Assembly: GCA_964016885.1 (NCBI GenBank)
Contig: OZ024743.1
Span: forward strand, 166,408,001-166,472,000
DNA: 64,000 nt
DNA from: Eledone cirrhosa
Lineage: Eukaryota
Direction of reading: 5' to 3'
A program made the position numbers and the translations under genes. Under the pieces are notes generated by a model. The model saw nothing but the letters and a program-made list of their open reading frames with translations. It made no database searches and had not been told where the DNA came from. Shown piece by piece: positions 1-14,075 of this stretch (position 1 is the stretch's first letter; each line of letters starts with the position of its first letter).

Positions 1-190
1 CCCACCTATCCCATTGTCATTCCCCACCCAGAAAAGCTTATAGCAACGTTTTTTACCCACAATGAATCTAGCAGACCCGCCCCTCCACCTGGTCTCTTGG
101 ATACAGCAAACATCAACCTCCTTACGTTCAAGCAATTCTACAACCTCGTTAGAGCGGCCTTTTAAGGTGCCTACGTTCATGGTACCAACT
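1..190 (-). mobile_element. RTE LINE AP-endonuclease N-terminal fragment
   Basis: Minus strand translates VGTMNVGTLKGRSNEVVELLERKEVDVCCIQETRWRGGSAR..YKLFWVG. Confidence 0.85.
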
Positions 191-465
191 CTGAAGTTTT
201 GGATTGTGTTTGGAGGATGGGGCGCAGGGAGGGGTGAGGGGAATGAGTTTGGGGTTATGTTGGCCATCCGCGGCCGAAACAAAGAGGAGGGGGCCTTGCC
301 CCTTCGTCCGGCAGCATGAGGTGAATTTGTCGTTATCTTTGGCATTGTCATCAAGTGTCCAGATTCTTCAGACTCTCCAGAAATTCCTTAGTCCATCCAT
401 CATATCGAAAAGCAGCCAGTAGTGATAGCATAGGCCGTTGACTTGTGATTGGTCCAAACAGTAAA

Positions 466-604
466 GGTGGAGAGTGAGGGCGGGAGGGAGGAAGGTGGAG
501 AGTGAGGGTGGGAAGGAGGAAGGTGGAGAGTGAGGGCGGGAGGGAGGAAGGTGGAGAGTGAGGGCAGGAGGGAGGGAGGTGGAGAGTGAGGGCGGGAGGG
601 AGGG
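466..604. repeat. G-rich minisatellite, 5 x 28 bp (ggtggagagtgagggcgggagggaggaa)
   Basis: Units start at 466, 494, 522, 550 and 578. Confidence 0.9.
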
Positions 605-1799
605 ATATGGGGTAGTTAGCAATGAGGGAGATTATTTAGAACAGCGTGGAGAAGATTAATTTAAGGCAAGGATAGCAACGATTGTAAATATATATGGATG
701 AATGAACGAGGTTTTAAGGAGACAAGAAGAAAATGTTCTATAATACATTACATTTTCGTAGAATCGACTGACCATTTAATAAGGGTTGACAAATTCTGAA
801 GTATTGTCCCTTGTAACATTCTTATTTATATTAGGGAGTGAGAGATTGAGAGGGACGTATATGTTAGAGAGAGTGGGAGTAATAGCGATTTTGGTGGGCG
901 AGAGAGAATCTATTTTTATGAATCCTGGAAAATTTTTAGCAATGAGAGAGATTATTTAGAACCAGCGTATATATATATATATATATATACATATATATAT
1001 ACGTATATATATATATATATATATACATATATATATCGGCTGTGGTAGAGATTATGTAAGTAAATGTAGTATATTTGTGATATTGTAATGCCGCCGAATG
1101 ATACTTTAGTCTCCCTTCAAAACCATGCTCCCTTTACTTCGGCCCGTATCCTCAAATAAATTATTTCTTCCCTTAATGTAACTGTTTTCTCATGCTTAAA
1201 ATAGCTTGATTAATTCTTAACAGTAAAAAAAAACATTATTTACGTGGTATTCCCTCAGTAAATTAATGTTATGCCCTCTGTAATCCCTTAACCTCCTCTC
1301 ACACCTCGACCAGGTGACTGACTTGTTCTGTATTCATTCCTTTCTCATGATAAAAGGAAGTGTCATCTGGCCTTGTGGTATTGAGATTATGACGTGTAAG
1401 GATGTAGAGAAGTAGATGTTATATATTTGCTGGTGTGATCAAGATTAGGTGAGTGGATAAGTAACGCTAAACAATTCTCCTCCTCCCCCGCCTCTACGCC
1501 ATCCCCTTCACGCCTCCCCCAAACCAGACAATACACCCATATACGCCAACACCCCCGCCTTCCACTGTTAAATCGTGAGAAACAGTTCGTATGTTGAACC
1601 CCCCCCGTTTTTTTTGGGGGGGGGGGGTGAATAGACTTGTGAAATCAGAGTTTGATATATATGGAGGGCCTCAGGTTGCGGCTAACTGGTTCACTTAAGC
1701 CAATTTTTGGTTTGCAACACACAGTGCTCACGAGGAATTCAGAAGTATATACCTGGGGTTATGGAATTTATATTAATTATTTCTATCCCTAATTTACAG

Positions 1800-3904
1800 A
1801 TGGCGAAGCGAGGCCCTATGGACATATTTATCAAGCCAAAACATCCGGTTGCTGAACCCGCAAGTAATTTTGAAAAAGATAAAGGCAATGTAAATGAAAC
1901 CGAAGTATTGCAGGGAAAAAGAATTTGTACTAGCTCTACTCGGAAATATGACTCCTCATACATTCAATTCGGTTTTGTAGCCACGAATGATGGAGGAATG
2001 CAAAAACCACAGTGTGTAATTTGTGGAGAAGTGTTGGCTAACGAGTCAATGAAGCCATCAAATCTCAAGAGACATTTAAATACAAAACATAAAGAAATTA
2101 GTTCAAAGCCACAAGAGTTCTTTGAAAGAAAGCATGTTGATTTAAAAGGCCGTCAGAAACAGATCTTTGAAGTGTCACACACAAATACTTATGCTTTGCG
2201 GGCTTCTTATAAATTAGCACTTTGAGTTGCCAAGGCTAAAAAGCCATACACAATCGGTGAGACGCCAGTGATAGACTGTATTAAAGATGTCTGCATCGAA
2301 ATGCTAGGCAAGCCAGCGGCAAAGAAAGTGGCTCAGGTGCCACTTTCAAATGACACTATAGCTCAACGAATTCACGATCTGGAAGATCAGCTCATAGAAC
2401 AAATTAAATTAGCAAAGTACTTTTCTTTGCAGCTTGATGAATGTACAGACTTTGCTAATCAGGCAATTCTGATGGTGTATGTGCGCTTTGGACATGAAGC
2501 TGATTTGAAGGAAGAGTTTTTTTCTCTGCTTCACTACCAACAAAAACAACTAGTTCTGAAGTGTTCAAGACTGTGAGTGACTACATCGTTAACAAATGTG
2601 GGTCGGATTTCAAGTTTTGTGTAGGCATGTGTTCTGATGGTGCTGCCGCAATGATAGGACAGTATTCGGGAGTGGTTACCCAGATTAAGGCGCATGCCCC
2701 AGAATGCAAGTCGACACACTGCTTCCTTCACCGAGAAAGTCTTGCAACCAAAAAAATGTCCACAGAACTAAACAGTGTACTCAGCGAGATTGTAAAAATT
2801 GTGAACCATGTAAAGGCGAATGCTTTAAATTCAAGACTATTCACTGCATTATGTGATAATATGGGAGCTGATCACAAACAGCTCCTATTGCATGCCGATT
2901 TACGTTGGCTATCGAGGGGTAAAGTCCTGTCAAGAGTATTTGAGCTACGAAACGAGCTTTTTGAGACTCTTCAGGACAAAAAACCAAATTGGTCACAATT
3001 GTTCACAGATGTGGATTGGCTAGCCAAGCTGGCTTATTTGGCTGATATCTCTGCCATCTTTAATGATCTCAACACCTCCATGCAGGGAAGGATGGCTTCG
3101 TGTTTTACAATGGCAGACAAGATCGACGGACAGAAACGAAAGCTAGAAGCATGGAAGAGTCGAGTGTCAAGAGATTGTTATGACATGTTTCATCAATTAG
3201 CGATAATCATCAGTGATGCAGGCGAAGACCTTGATATTACATCGCTACGAAATGTCATCAGTGAACACTTGACAAAACTGGCAGACCGGTTTCAGTTTTA
3301 CTTCCCAGCAGAAGAAGATCCACAGAAAGGGAATGGATGGATCCAAAATCCGTTTATTCCACTGCAAGATGACTTAAGTGTCAGTATGGAGGATAAATTG
3401 TTGGAGCTGGCTGCTGGCGGAGGATTGAAGAGGAGTTTCGAAACTATATCACTTGGTTCATTTTGGATAGAAGTGAAAGCAGAATATCCTGAGCTTAGTG
3501 AAATTGCTCTGAAAACTCTTCTTCCATTTCCTTCAACATACCTCTGCGAGACTGGCTTCTCAACCATGAGTGTTATTAAGATAAAGTACAAGAATAATAT
3601 GGATATTCATTCTCCATTGGACGTGGCACTGTCCTCAATTGAACCACGACTGGATAAACTGACAAAGAAGAAGCAGGCTCACCTTTCACACTAGTAAAGA
3701 TTAAGGTTATATAATTTTTATTTTTGTGTTAATAAACTGCTTGTTATGTTTTTTATTACTTTTTTTATTATGTTTTGATATTGTATTATTTGTTTACAAA
3801 TATTCATTATATACATCGTTTCTGGTATAAATTAATATTACTACAAAATATTAGCGGTAAAAAAAAATGCCGGTCCGCCACATCAGATAGTTTGAGAAGC
3901 ACTG
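1800..3904 (+). mobile_element. hAT transposon, Buster/Charlie group (ZBED5/ZBED8/SCAND3-like transposase), pseudogenised
   Basis: BED finger (PQCVIC..LKRHLNTKH), FSLQLDECTD, CSDGAAAM, HCFLH, RWLSRG and TYLCETGFS. One stop (2223) and one frameshift (~2520). The right TIR ...tttgagaagcactg ends at 3904 and is followed by atgTAgaa (NNNTANNN). Left TIR not found. Confidence 0.93.
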
Positions 3905-4190
3905 ATGTAGAAGTCCTGATCATATCCACTAAACCAACAGTGCAGCATTCCAGCATTGATATACCAAGCAGAGGTTACATCCACCAACCAGAACCACCAA
4001 ACTGAAGCCTGGACCTATGATGGTTGGTTTAAAAACCGGTTCCGGAATCATGAAACATTCAGATATCCTGATAAAAAGCATACCACCCAGCTCGCAAACC
4101 ACGTATGGGACCTTAAGAGCAACGGCACACCTTTTTCCATCAAATGGTGTATTTTGGAAAGATCTACTGCCTACATAAATGGTGGATACT
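3905..4190 (+). mobile_element. Penelope-like GIY-YIG endonuclease fragment (Nematis-like)
   Basis: IYQAEV..FKNRFRNH..TQLANHVWDLK..IKWCIL..AY. Confidence 0.75.
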
Positions 4191-4977
4191 CTCACAATTA
4201 GCTTCGGATAAGCATTGCCTCAACTGCTTTGCCGGTTGTCTCCATGTGAAGAAATACATTTTGGATAAATGGCTTAGCCCTCCTAACAGGTCCAGAAGTA
4301 TCTTTCGAGTTACTGACTATATTGTATTTCAGTGAAATGTGATCCCTTCAGACAGCTAGAAGAAATTATTGTGCTTCTATTTCCATTCTGAATTGACTGT
4401 GGGCTCTCAAGGGTTACCTCCCTTAGACCTTATCCTTTTTTAAATTAACTCCTTTTCTATACTTTCCCTAAATTACCTGCCCCTGCATGAACTCTCTTGT
4501 TAGATCCCCAAAGGGAAAACACAATCAATCATAGGCGGCCATCTTGGTTATCCATTTTCCTCATGACAGGCTGAAGAAATTGGTACCCAGAACCCAACGA
4601 AACTTGAGTACCTGTTTATATCACTGTTGTAATTACTTATACTAAACTCGTCCAATGGACTGAGTGCTCTTACTCTTGGATATTTCCACTTAACTTTTAC
4701 TTCTATAAGCCATGTCAGTAGAATGAGCCCCTCATTCTCGCTCTTGTGTTGGCATGCAAACAGAACAGCAGACACTAATGTTTCTGGGTGATTACCCTTC
4801 ATCAGTGCAGTTTACTGCTAACCTGCCAACTGTCAGAGCTAGTGAAAATATATATTTTCTGAAATATACAGTGACTGATCGGCCTGATTTGCATATTAAC
4901 AGACTGGTTGATCAGTTAGATCTGCATATTAGCAGACCCACTCATCAGCCAGATTTGCATACATACATAAATATATA

Positions 4978-6850
4978 TCATCATCATCATCATCGTTTAA
5001 CATCCATTTTTCATGCTAGCATGGGTTAAACTGGTCGTCCCATTTGAGGCAAGTTGGGTCAGGTGACCGTGTCTTACTCATATAGAACTGTTTCTGGCTA
5101 TGTTTCTACAACTAGATACCCTTTCTGATGCCAACCACATTTACAAACAACCACTTTACCTTGTGGGCTGGATATGTAAGGGTGGTGTGGACAGGGGTAT
5201 AGTGGTTAAGAAGTGCCTACTAGGTAAATGTTTGAGTCTGTGCGCATGGGAAGACGTGTCTTCAGTATTACTGTGTAACGCCAAAGATCTTGATTCTGTG
5301 TCATTATCTTTGAGAGGTGGATTAGCAGTATCGGTAGAGGATCGGATGCCATGCTTTGACGCATAGAGTTACGGCTCTTGCCATTCTGAGTTCAAATCAT
5401 GCAGAGGTTAACTTTCATCCTTACGGGGTCGATAAAATAAAGTACCAGTAATGTACTGGATAATTGTTGGCCTTGTGCCAAAAGTAGAAACAATTATCTT
5501 TGAGAAGTTCAATTGTGCAAGGTCAGCTTTTATCAACTCATACCAGGTCTTCCTACTCCAAGGCTTCCATTAATTTTGATCACCCTGTACCTTTTTATAC
5601 AGCTGTCATCCTTCATACGAATCACATGACCATACTAATGCAATCACTTCTCTAGCATACTGCATCTGATCCCTCTTATACCTAATTTCTCTCTTAGTTC
5701 ATTTACACATCCATTGGAGCATGCAAGCTTCATGTCTTTCCAGTCATCGCAGGTCCTCTGCACACAGTGCCTAGGTTTCAATACCATGTAACATTGTTGT
5801 TCGTATAACATGCATCATACAATCTGTCCTTCATTTTAAGGGGAAAATCTTTTGTAGCTAGCAGCAGTAGTAGCTCTCTGAACTTTCTCCATTCCATTCT
5901 CACTCTGGAGGAGGGTGTTTCGAAAATACAGTAGTATTTTCGAAACACCCTCCTCCACTGCTAATTTGGTCACCCAGGTAATGGAAACAGTCAACTATTT
6001 CTATAGCTCTATCTGGGCATTTGAAGGAGCTAATATCCTTTGGGAACTTGCTACTTACTGCACCTGTGCATCAGCCGCATATAAAATCTACGTTCTTTAA
6101 TAGTCTGCCTGTGATCCCACTACATCTTTTATGTACACATAGCTTGCTTTCCTGCACACTGAACAAGGACATTTCCCTGAGGGAATTTGGTACCTGTTTT
6201 CTTTTCTACATATAAGAACTTTAGTCTTTGTCAAGTTAACCTTAAGACGTTTTGATTTTAGGCCATGTTTCCAGGTTTGGAATTTCTTCTGCCATAGATT
6301 TAGCTATGAAGGTTAGATCATCTGCATACAGGATTTTTCATGGGCAGCCAGTCTTAAACTCTTCTGTTATAGCCTGAAAGGCTATAATAAACAAGAGAGG
6401 GCTAAGGATGGAGCTTTGATGTACTCCTACCTGCACGCTAAATTCCTTGCTATAGTCATTAATTCTAACCTTGCTAACTGTTCCGCTATACATGGCTTAA
6501 ACAGCCTTCACAAGCCACTTGTCTACTCTTAGTTTTCTTATGGAACTGGAAAGGCTAACTCCAACTCAACAAAAGATAAACAGAGGGGTTTACTTTTAGC
6601 TAGGTACTTCTCTTGCTGATGCCTCATGATATTTTTGTCCCATGATACTTTTACCTGCCACAAATCGAAACTGCATTTCATCTAAATCAATTCAATCCCT
6701 AAGCAGCTGGGCGATAACTCTTTCTGTGACCTTCATGACCTTGTCAACCAACTTAATGCCTCTATAGTTCTTTCTGTGTCTAGAGTATCTCCTTTATTCT
6801 TGTAGCAGTTGACAATGATGTTGCTAGACCAATCATTGGTTGTGACACTG
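4978..6850 (-). mobile_element. Decayed RTE LINE (RT, 3' UTR, (GAT)n tail) with a SINE insertion
   Basis: GCPW..LYADDL and GRLYDA-type remnants. The tail reads (cat)n on the plus strand at 4978. Confidence 0.85.
5316..5492 (+). mobile_element. tRNA-derived Nin-domain SINE with 13-bp TSD
   Basis: B-box gagttcaaat, core ctttcatccttacggggtcgataaaataaagtaccag, TSD attatctttgaga at 5303 and 5493. Confidence 0.9.
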
Positions 6851-6854
6851 CTTT

Positions 6855-9535
6855 GTATTACTTGGTTGTGCAAGTAGCAAGTGCCCACAGGATACTAGCT
6901 CCTTCTATTGCCCAGATGGTTCTATAGAAATAGTGGACACTTTCCGTTACCTGGGTGACAAAATCAGCAGTGGTGGAGGGTGCTCTGAAAGTACAGTAGC
7001 CAGAGTCAGAACAGGATGGAAAAAGTTCAGAGAGCACTGTTGGCCACAAAAGGTTTCTCTCTAAAAATGAAAGGCAGATTGTATGATGCCTGTATATGAA
7101 CAGCAATGTTACATGGAAGTGAGACATGGGCATTGTGTGCAGAGGACCTGCACAGACTGGAAAACAACGAAGCATGCATGTTCCGTTGGATGTATAAAAA
7201 AGTGCTGGCCGATCAATATTGATGGAAGTTACGGAGAAAAACCTGGGACGATTTGATAAATTCCGACCTTACACACTTGCACCTCTCTAAGACAATCACT
7301 GAACCGAGATCTTTGGTGCCACACAGTAATATAGAAGATGTACAGTAGGCACCTTTTAACCAAATATACACGCCGACCCACTACGCCTACTCCATCTTCC
7401 CATTCCCACCAACACCACCCTTTCTCTGTAAAGTTATGTTGCTACCACAACATCCAGTCCAAACTAATGCGGTCGTGTAGGAGTCACGACAAAAAAAACA
7501 CATAATGTGATCATGTAGGTAACACGGCAAAAACCTCCCAGTCCACTCTGTAAATGTGGTTGGTGTTAGGAAGGGCATCCAGCCGTAGAAACCTGCCAGA
7601 CAGTCCTATATGAGCGAGACACGGTCACCCAACCAATTTTGCCTCAAGTGGGACAATTCCCGTCTAACCCATGCTAGCGTGGAAGATAGTTGTTTAACGA
7701 TGATAATTATATATATATATATTTACACACAATATAAATCTTGGGTACACAAAAAATGTAGTGGAATAATGAGTAGACTAACAGGAAGGGAAGACATTGT
7801 ATGTAAAAGATGCACTGGGTTAACTGAGAAGAGTGTCGGTGATATAAACCTTTTCCAGTCACAGGAAGGGTCCATAAAAGTGGTTGATAGCTTCTGCTAT
7901 CTAGTTGATGTAATTTGCATACAAAAAGACGACTGTATGACGCTTGCGTGTGAAATGCGATGCTTCATGGTAGCGAAAAATAAGCTGTGACTGCAGAGAA
8001 CGTGTAGACTGGAGAAATGAAACAACCAAAGTCAACTTGACAAAGACTAAGGTCCTTGTAAGTAGACGAGAAAACAGAACCCAGATCCCCTCAGGGAAAT
8101 GGCCTTGCTCAGTATGTAGGAAAGGTGTAGGTAGGAACTCAATTCTCTGCCCCAAATGCAAACAATGGGTACACAAGAGATGTAGTAGGATCTCAGGAAG
8201 TTTAACAAGAATGTAGGCTTCACATGTAGCAGCTGTGCTGGGACAGCAAGCAGCAAACAGCCACAGGAAACAAGTACCACCAATCTGTGGGAGGGCTCTG
8301 TAGAAACAGTAGACAGCTTCTGCTACCTAGGTGACCGAATTAGCAGCGGAGGTGGGTGTTCAGAAAGTACAATAACTAGGGTAAGAACGGGATGGAAAAA
8401 GTTCAGGGAACTACTGTCACTGCTAGCTGCAAAAGGCTTCTCCCTCAAAATGAAAGGCAGACTATATGATGCGTGTATCCGAACAGCAATGTTACATGGT
8501 AGTGAGATCTGGGCGCTGAAGGTGGAAGACTTACGTAGATTAGAAAGAAACGAAGCCTGCATGCTCCGATGGATGTGTAATAGTAATATACGCGAACGGC
8601 AAAGCATAAATGAATTGAGAGAGAGACTGAGCATAAGAGGAATCAAATGCTGTGTGCAGGAGAGGCGGTTGCGTTGGTATGGACATGTGATGCATATGAA
8701 GGATGATAGCTGCATAAAAAGGTGCAGAGCACTAGAAGTCAATGGAAACCGCGGAGTGGGGAGACCCAAGAAGACCTGGGATGAGGTGATAAAAGCTGAC
8801 CTTACCCAATTACACCTCTCAAAGGCGATGACACACGACCGTGACCTCTGGCGTCACGCAGTAATACAGAGTACCCAACCTCCCATGGGTACAAGCTGAA
8901 GCATATAGACAATATGCCCCCACACCCTCCCACTGCAAAGTGGTCGTGGAGGTGCCACGGCAAAAAAGCACCCAGCCCTTACACAGTAAAGTGGACGTGT
9001 AGGCGCCACGGAAAAAAGCACCCAGCACTCACTGTAAATGAGGGTGGTGTTAGGAAGGGCATCCAGCTGTAGAAATCAAGCCAAAATCAGTTCCTGTGTG
9101 AGCAAGGCATGGTCAGCCGACCAGACACTGCCCACAACAGGACAACCCGTCTAACCCATGCTAGCATGGAAGAACGGACGTAAAACGGTGATGATGATGA
9201 TGATGATGCTCCATTGGAGTGTAAGAGAAAGGCAGAGATTGGATGAGTTCAGGGAGAAGATGGTGTTAAGAGGAATCTGATGTAGTGGCAGGAGAGAAGA
9301 ATGTGTAGGGATGGACATGTGATGCATATGGACAATGATCACTGGGTGAAGAAATCCCAGTGGAAGGAAGCCACAATAGAGGTAGACCAAAACAGACCTA
9401 GGCAGGGGTTGTGAGAGCTGACCTCAAATCACTGAGACTCCCAGAGATGACGACGGAATGCAAAGAGTGGAGAGATGCCTTGCTCATGCAAGAGTGGAAA
9501 AACGGACGTAAAAACAATGATGATGATGATGATGG
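6855..9535 (+). mobile_element. Stacked and nested RTE LINE 3' fragments (6855-7710; 8025-9208 inserted in an older copy at 7725-9535)
   Basis: ORF 8450-8899 (KGRLYDACIRTAMLHGSE..RRLRWYGHV..GRPKKTW) and three (GAT)n-type tails. Confidence 0.88.
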
Positions 9536-9616
9536 TGACACACGTCCTATAAGAATATGTAAGACAGTTTAATGTTTCTCAGGTAACCCATGTATACAGA
9601 GAAACACAAGAATTAC

Positions 9617-9697
9617 CGTTTTTCATTATTTTTGTGAATCATAGCCTGCAACTCCACAATAGATGGTGAATGCTTGTCACAGATTCTGGCAGTCATA
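9617..9697 (-). CDS. TTF2: TTF2 coding exon 3 (SMTARICDKHSPSIVELQAMIHKNNEKR)
   Basis: tttctttttcag| ... |gtaatt, 81 nt, phase 2 to phase 2. Matches recalled human HCLLHEDFVVELQGL..KEYR. I found no exon 4, so it probably lies left of the window. Confidence 0.9.
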
Positions 9698-10226
9698 CTG
9701 AAAAAGAAAAACATAGTCATGTATCAAGTCGCTTAAATCTCAACATCCTGTACTGATTTAGCAGTAAATATCAGAAAATAGGTTTGTTAATTCAAATGTT
9801 TATAGTGTTTTTACTCATGGACAGATTGTGAAAATTTACAAAATAAGGGTGAATATTTTAATTTGTAATGTGATGCAGTCAGTGTGATGTTTTGTCCTTT
9901 TCAAGAATGTCTTGCTAATGTGGTTTCATGTGGTGCTGAACATTAAAACTGATCCTGATTATGATAGTGGTAGTAGTGGTAGAGGCAGTAATAACAGTAC
10001 AAAGTTGATGATGATAATGTTTAAGCTCAGTTCAGTCCTAATTGAGCAGACCATTCCATCTATTTCCAAGGATTGACCATTCCATCTATTTTTCAGTCAC
10101 AGTTGAATTATCCAATGCGTCCTTTACTTTTCAGGACAAAAGTTTATCATTTGAGAGAGATCTAGCTAATATTTGCAGGAGTTGGAATGACCACATGGAA
10201 GCTCTCTTATTGACCTATTAGTTTTA

Positions 10227-11185
10227 GTGAGGCAACTACAAGAGAAGTTCCTAGCCAAGAATAAGTTTCGACTATGGAAACAGAATTTGGAATCAAAAGG
10301 TCAGAGAGTAAACTTAGCCAAAACTAAAGTTCTAGTAAGTAGGAAAGAAGATAGGACCCTGATTCCTTCAGGGAAATGGCCCTGCTCAATATGTAGAAAA
10401 GGAGTAGGCATAAACTCTATACAATGTACACAATGTAAATCTTGGGTACACAATGTAGTGGGATAACAGGTAGATTAACAAGAAGGGAGAACTTTTAATA
10501 TAGAAGATGCACAAGGGTAATCAAGGGGAAGAGTATCAGTGATATAAACCTTTTTACAATCAAAGAAAGGATTCATAGAAGAGGCTGATAGCTTCTGCTA
10601 TCTAGATGACTTAATCAACAGCGGAGGAAGGTGCTCTGAGAGCATAATAGCTAGAATAAGGATAAGATGGAAGAAGTTTAGAGAGCTACTACCACTGTTG
10701 ACCACAAAAGGTTTTTCCCTGTGTAAAAAAACCGACTGTAAGACATCTGTATATAAAGAGTGATGCTGCATGGTAGTGAAACATGGGCAGTGACTGCAGA
10801 AGACATCCGTAGGCAGGAGAGAAATGAAGCAACCATGCTTTATTGGATGTGCAATGTTAACATGAGAGAAAAGCAGAGCTGGATGAACTGAGGGAGAAAC
10901 TGGGTTTGAGAGGAATCTGAAGCGGTGTGCAGAATAGAAGGCTATGTTGGTTTGGACATGTGAAGTGCATGGATGATGATTGATTGGGGAAGAAATCCCA
11001 GTGGAGGGAAACTACAGTAGAGGTAGACCAAGAAAGACCTGGGCAAAGGTGGTGAGAACTGATCTCAAATCGCTGAGACTCACAGAAGAGATGAAGTAAC
11101 ATGACAAGTGGGTACATGCTGTACTGAAAAGGACCCATTTAACCCATGCAAGCATGGAAAAATGGATGTAAAAGCAATGATGATG
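10227..11185 (+). mobile_element. RTE LINE 3' fragment
   Basis: RVNLAKTKVL..GKWPCSICRKGVG and a (gat)n tail. Confidence 0.85.
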
Positions 11186-11385
11186 ATGTTGATAGTAGTT
11201 GTGATGGTTATTTCACATCTAATTTTCCCTGTTTTATGTGCATGGCAGTCAAAACACCACACTGTGTTTTATTTCATAAAGAAACAAAACAAAATTGAAT
11301 CTAAATAAAGACTAGCAACATTAGCAGTAGAAGAAACAGGTAGTGGGGATAACATGTCTATGAGTCAGAGCTTGAGAGTGCCTGT

Positions 11386-14000
11386 CATCATCATCATCAT
11401 CATTTTACGTCCGCTTTTCCCTGCTTGCAAGGGTGGGACGGGTCTTATTCAGCACAGCATCTCTCCACTCGTCACGGTCCTTCGTCATCTCCACCGTGAG
11501 CTTCAATGATCTGAGGTCTGTTCTCACCACCTCCGCCCATGTTTTTCGTGGTTTTCCTCTACGTCTTCCTTCAACTGGCATTTCCTGGCACTTCTTCACC
11601 CATCGGTCATCCTCCATGCGCATCACATGTCCATACCACCTCAGTCTCCTCTCCCGTACACTACATTCTATCCCTCTCAGACACAGTTTCTCTCTCAACA
11701 CATTTATGCTGGGTCATTCACGCACATCCAACGGAGCATGCTTGCCTCATTTCTCTCCAGCCGTCGCATATCCTCTGCAGTTGCTGCCCATGTCTCACTA
11801 CCATGCAGCATCGTGCTCCTCACACAGGCATCATACAACCGGCCTTTCGTACGCAGGGAGAAACCCTTCTTCGTCAACAGAGGAAGCAGCTCCCTAAACT
11901 TCTTCCAACCCGTCCTTATTCTAGATACTATTGCCTCGGAACACCCTCCTCCCATGCTAATCTGATCTCCTAGGTACCGGAAGCTATCCACCACTTCTAT
12001 AGCGCCCTCCTGCATCTGAAAAATGTGTCTATCAATGCGACTTCTACTGTCTAATTTCCCTGTACATCTACTGCATACATATTTCTCCCTACCTGTTAGT
12101 TTGCCTGCTATCCCGCTACATCTCTTGTGTACACAGGATCTGCATATCGAACATGGGCATTTCCCTGACGGAATCAGGGTTTTGTCCTCTTTTCTACTCA
12201 TCAACACTTTTGTCTTAGCTAGGTTCACTCTCAGTCCTCTTGCTTCCAACTGCTGTTTCCATAGCCAGAATTTATTCTCTAGCTCCTCTACTGATTCTGC
12301 TATAAGAACCAGATCGTCAGCATAGAGAAGTTCCCATGGACAGCCAGTCTTAAACTCTTCTGTTATGGCTTGGAGGACTATAATGAACAAGAGCGGGCTG
12401 AGGACCGAACCTCGATGTACTCCTACTTGTATCTGGAATTCCTCACTAAACTCCATTCCTACCCTGACTTTACTGAGAGTACCTCTGTACAAAGTTTGCA
12501 CTGTCCTCACAAGCCATTCCTCAACCCTTCCTTAGGAACCACCAGATGACAGATCGGGGAACCCTATCAAAGGCCTTCTCTAGGTCAACAAAGCCTAAGT
12601 ATAGTGGCTTATTTTTCTCTAAGAACCTCTCTTGCAATTGTCTCACCAAGAAGAGGGCATCTGTTGTACTCTTCCCAGGCACAAAACCAAACTGCATCTC
12701 ATCTAGTTTGACCCTTTCTCTAATTAGTTGCGCTAATATCCTTTCTGCCACTTTCATAACCTGATCCATCAGTTTTATGCCCCTATTATTGCTCCTCTCC
12801 AGAGCATCCCCTTTACCTTTGTAGCAATTTATGAGAATACTGCTGCACCAGTCTTTGGGTGTGACACCACCATATATAGCCTGATTGATGATGCGTGCAA
12901 CCAGTTTAGTGCCTATGTCCCCTGATGCCTTCAGCATCTCAGCAACTATTCCTGATGGTCCAGCAGCCTTACCATTTTTCATTTCCCTAATCGCCTCTTG
13001 GACCCTATATTCGTCAATCTCAATAGTTGGACCCTCTGTCGGATCTACTGTGGGTAATTTCTCTCTCTCCCATTCGTTCTCCACATTCATCAGTCTCTCA
13101 TAATGACATTTCCAGGCCTCTTTTTTCTGATCATTCGTGACACATTTATCTTTTTTCTGATCATCTCGGACACATTTATCTCCAACAACATCCTGATTTG
13201 CATTGACACACTGCCTTGCAATGTGGAACACCGCACGCCTCTGATCTTCCCGTCACAGAACATTGGCAAACCTCCTACTCTCTGCCTCCCTGCGTGCTAA
13301 GTACACCTGATGTCTAGCTTCTCTCTTAGTGGCTACTCCCACCCTTTTTCCAAGCCTTCCATGCTAGTCTTTTGTCTCTAATGGCCTTATCTACCGTGCT
13401 GTTCCACCACCAGGCCACTCTCTGTCTGGTTGGAGCTCTGCTCCAGCCACAAGTTTCATCAGTAGCCTGCAGCAAGTTGTCACGTAAGAAATTCCAGTTA
13501 GTATCTATGTCATACGTCTCTAAATCGACTTCTTTTTACATCTTGAAGGGCTTTCCTAAATTTGTATTTTAGTGAAAGGTCTTTTAGCTTCCAGACCTTT
13601 CTTCTCCACACCTTCCTGTATTTCTCATTCCATCTCTTGCTTACTGAGATATCACTAACGACTAACCTATGCTGTGGGGTACATTCTTCCCCAGGGTATG
13701 CCTTTGTATTAGACACTATCTGCCTGTCCCGCTGCCTAACTAGTAAGAAGTCAATCTGGCTTATGTGCTCACCAGATTTGTAGGTTATTAGGTGATTGGC
13801 AGGTTTCTGGAAGTTTGCGTTGCAAATAGTCAATGTACCTGCATCACAAAATTCAAGAAGTCTCACTCCTTCATTTCTTGAGCCATAACCGTGCCCACCA
13901 TGTACCCCAGTGTAACCATCCTGGAGCTGTCCAACATGACCATTGAAGTCTCCTGCTAGCATAATGATGTCTCCGTCCTCTGTCATTGCGGTTGTCATAC
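11386..14000 (-). mobile_element. RTE LINE, 5'-truncated, ending ~75 bp from the TTF2 exon 2 donor
   Basis: AGDFNGHVG, QFGFVPGKSTTD, FVDLEKAFDRV, LYADDL and a (GAT)n tail. Confidence 0.93.
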
Positions 14001-14075
14001 TCTGTGAGTATATAAACTAATCCAGCACCTGTAGACTGACATAGTAAAAAAAAAAGGAAAGAAAGGTACTCTTAC

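Noticed and set aside
466-604. CRISPR-like array
   Set aside because: The units are head-to-tail with no spacers, in a eukaryotic context.
1563-1595. Possible HHR relic (ctgttaa..gaaacagttcgta)
   Set aside because: Too many core mismatches and no convincing stems.
4200-4870. Candidate TTF2 exon 4
   Set aside because: The acceptors tested gave no open frame resembling the expected FRC..WCG segment.
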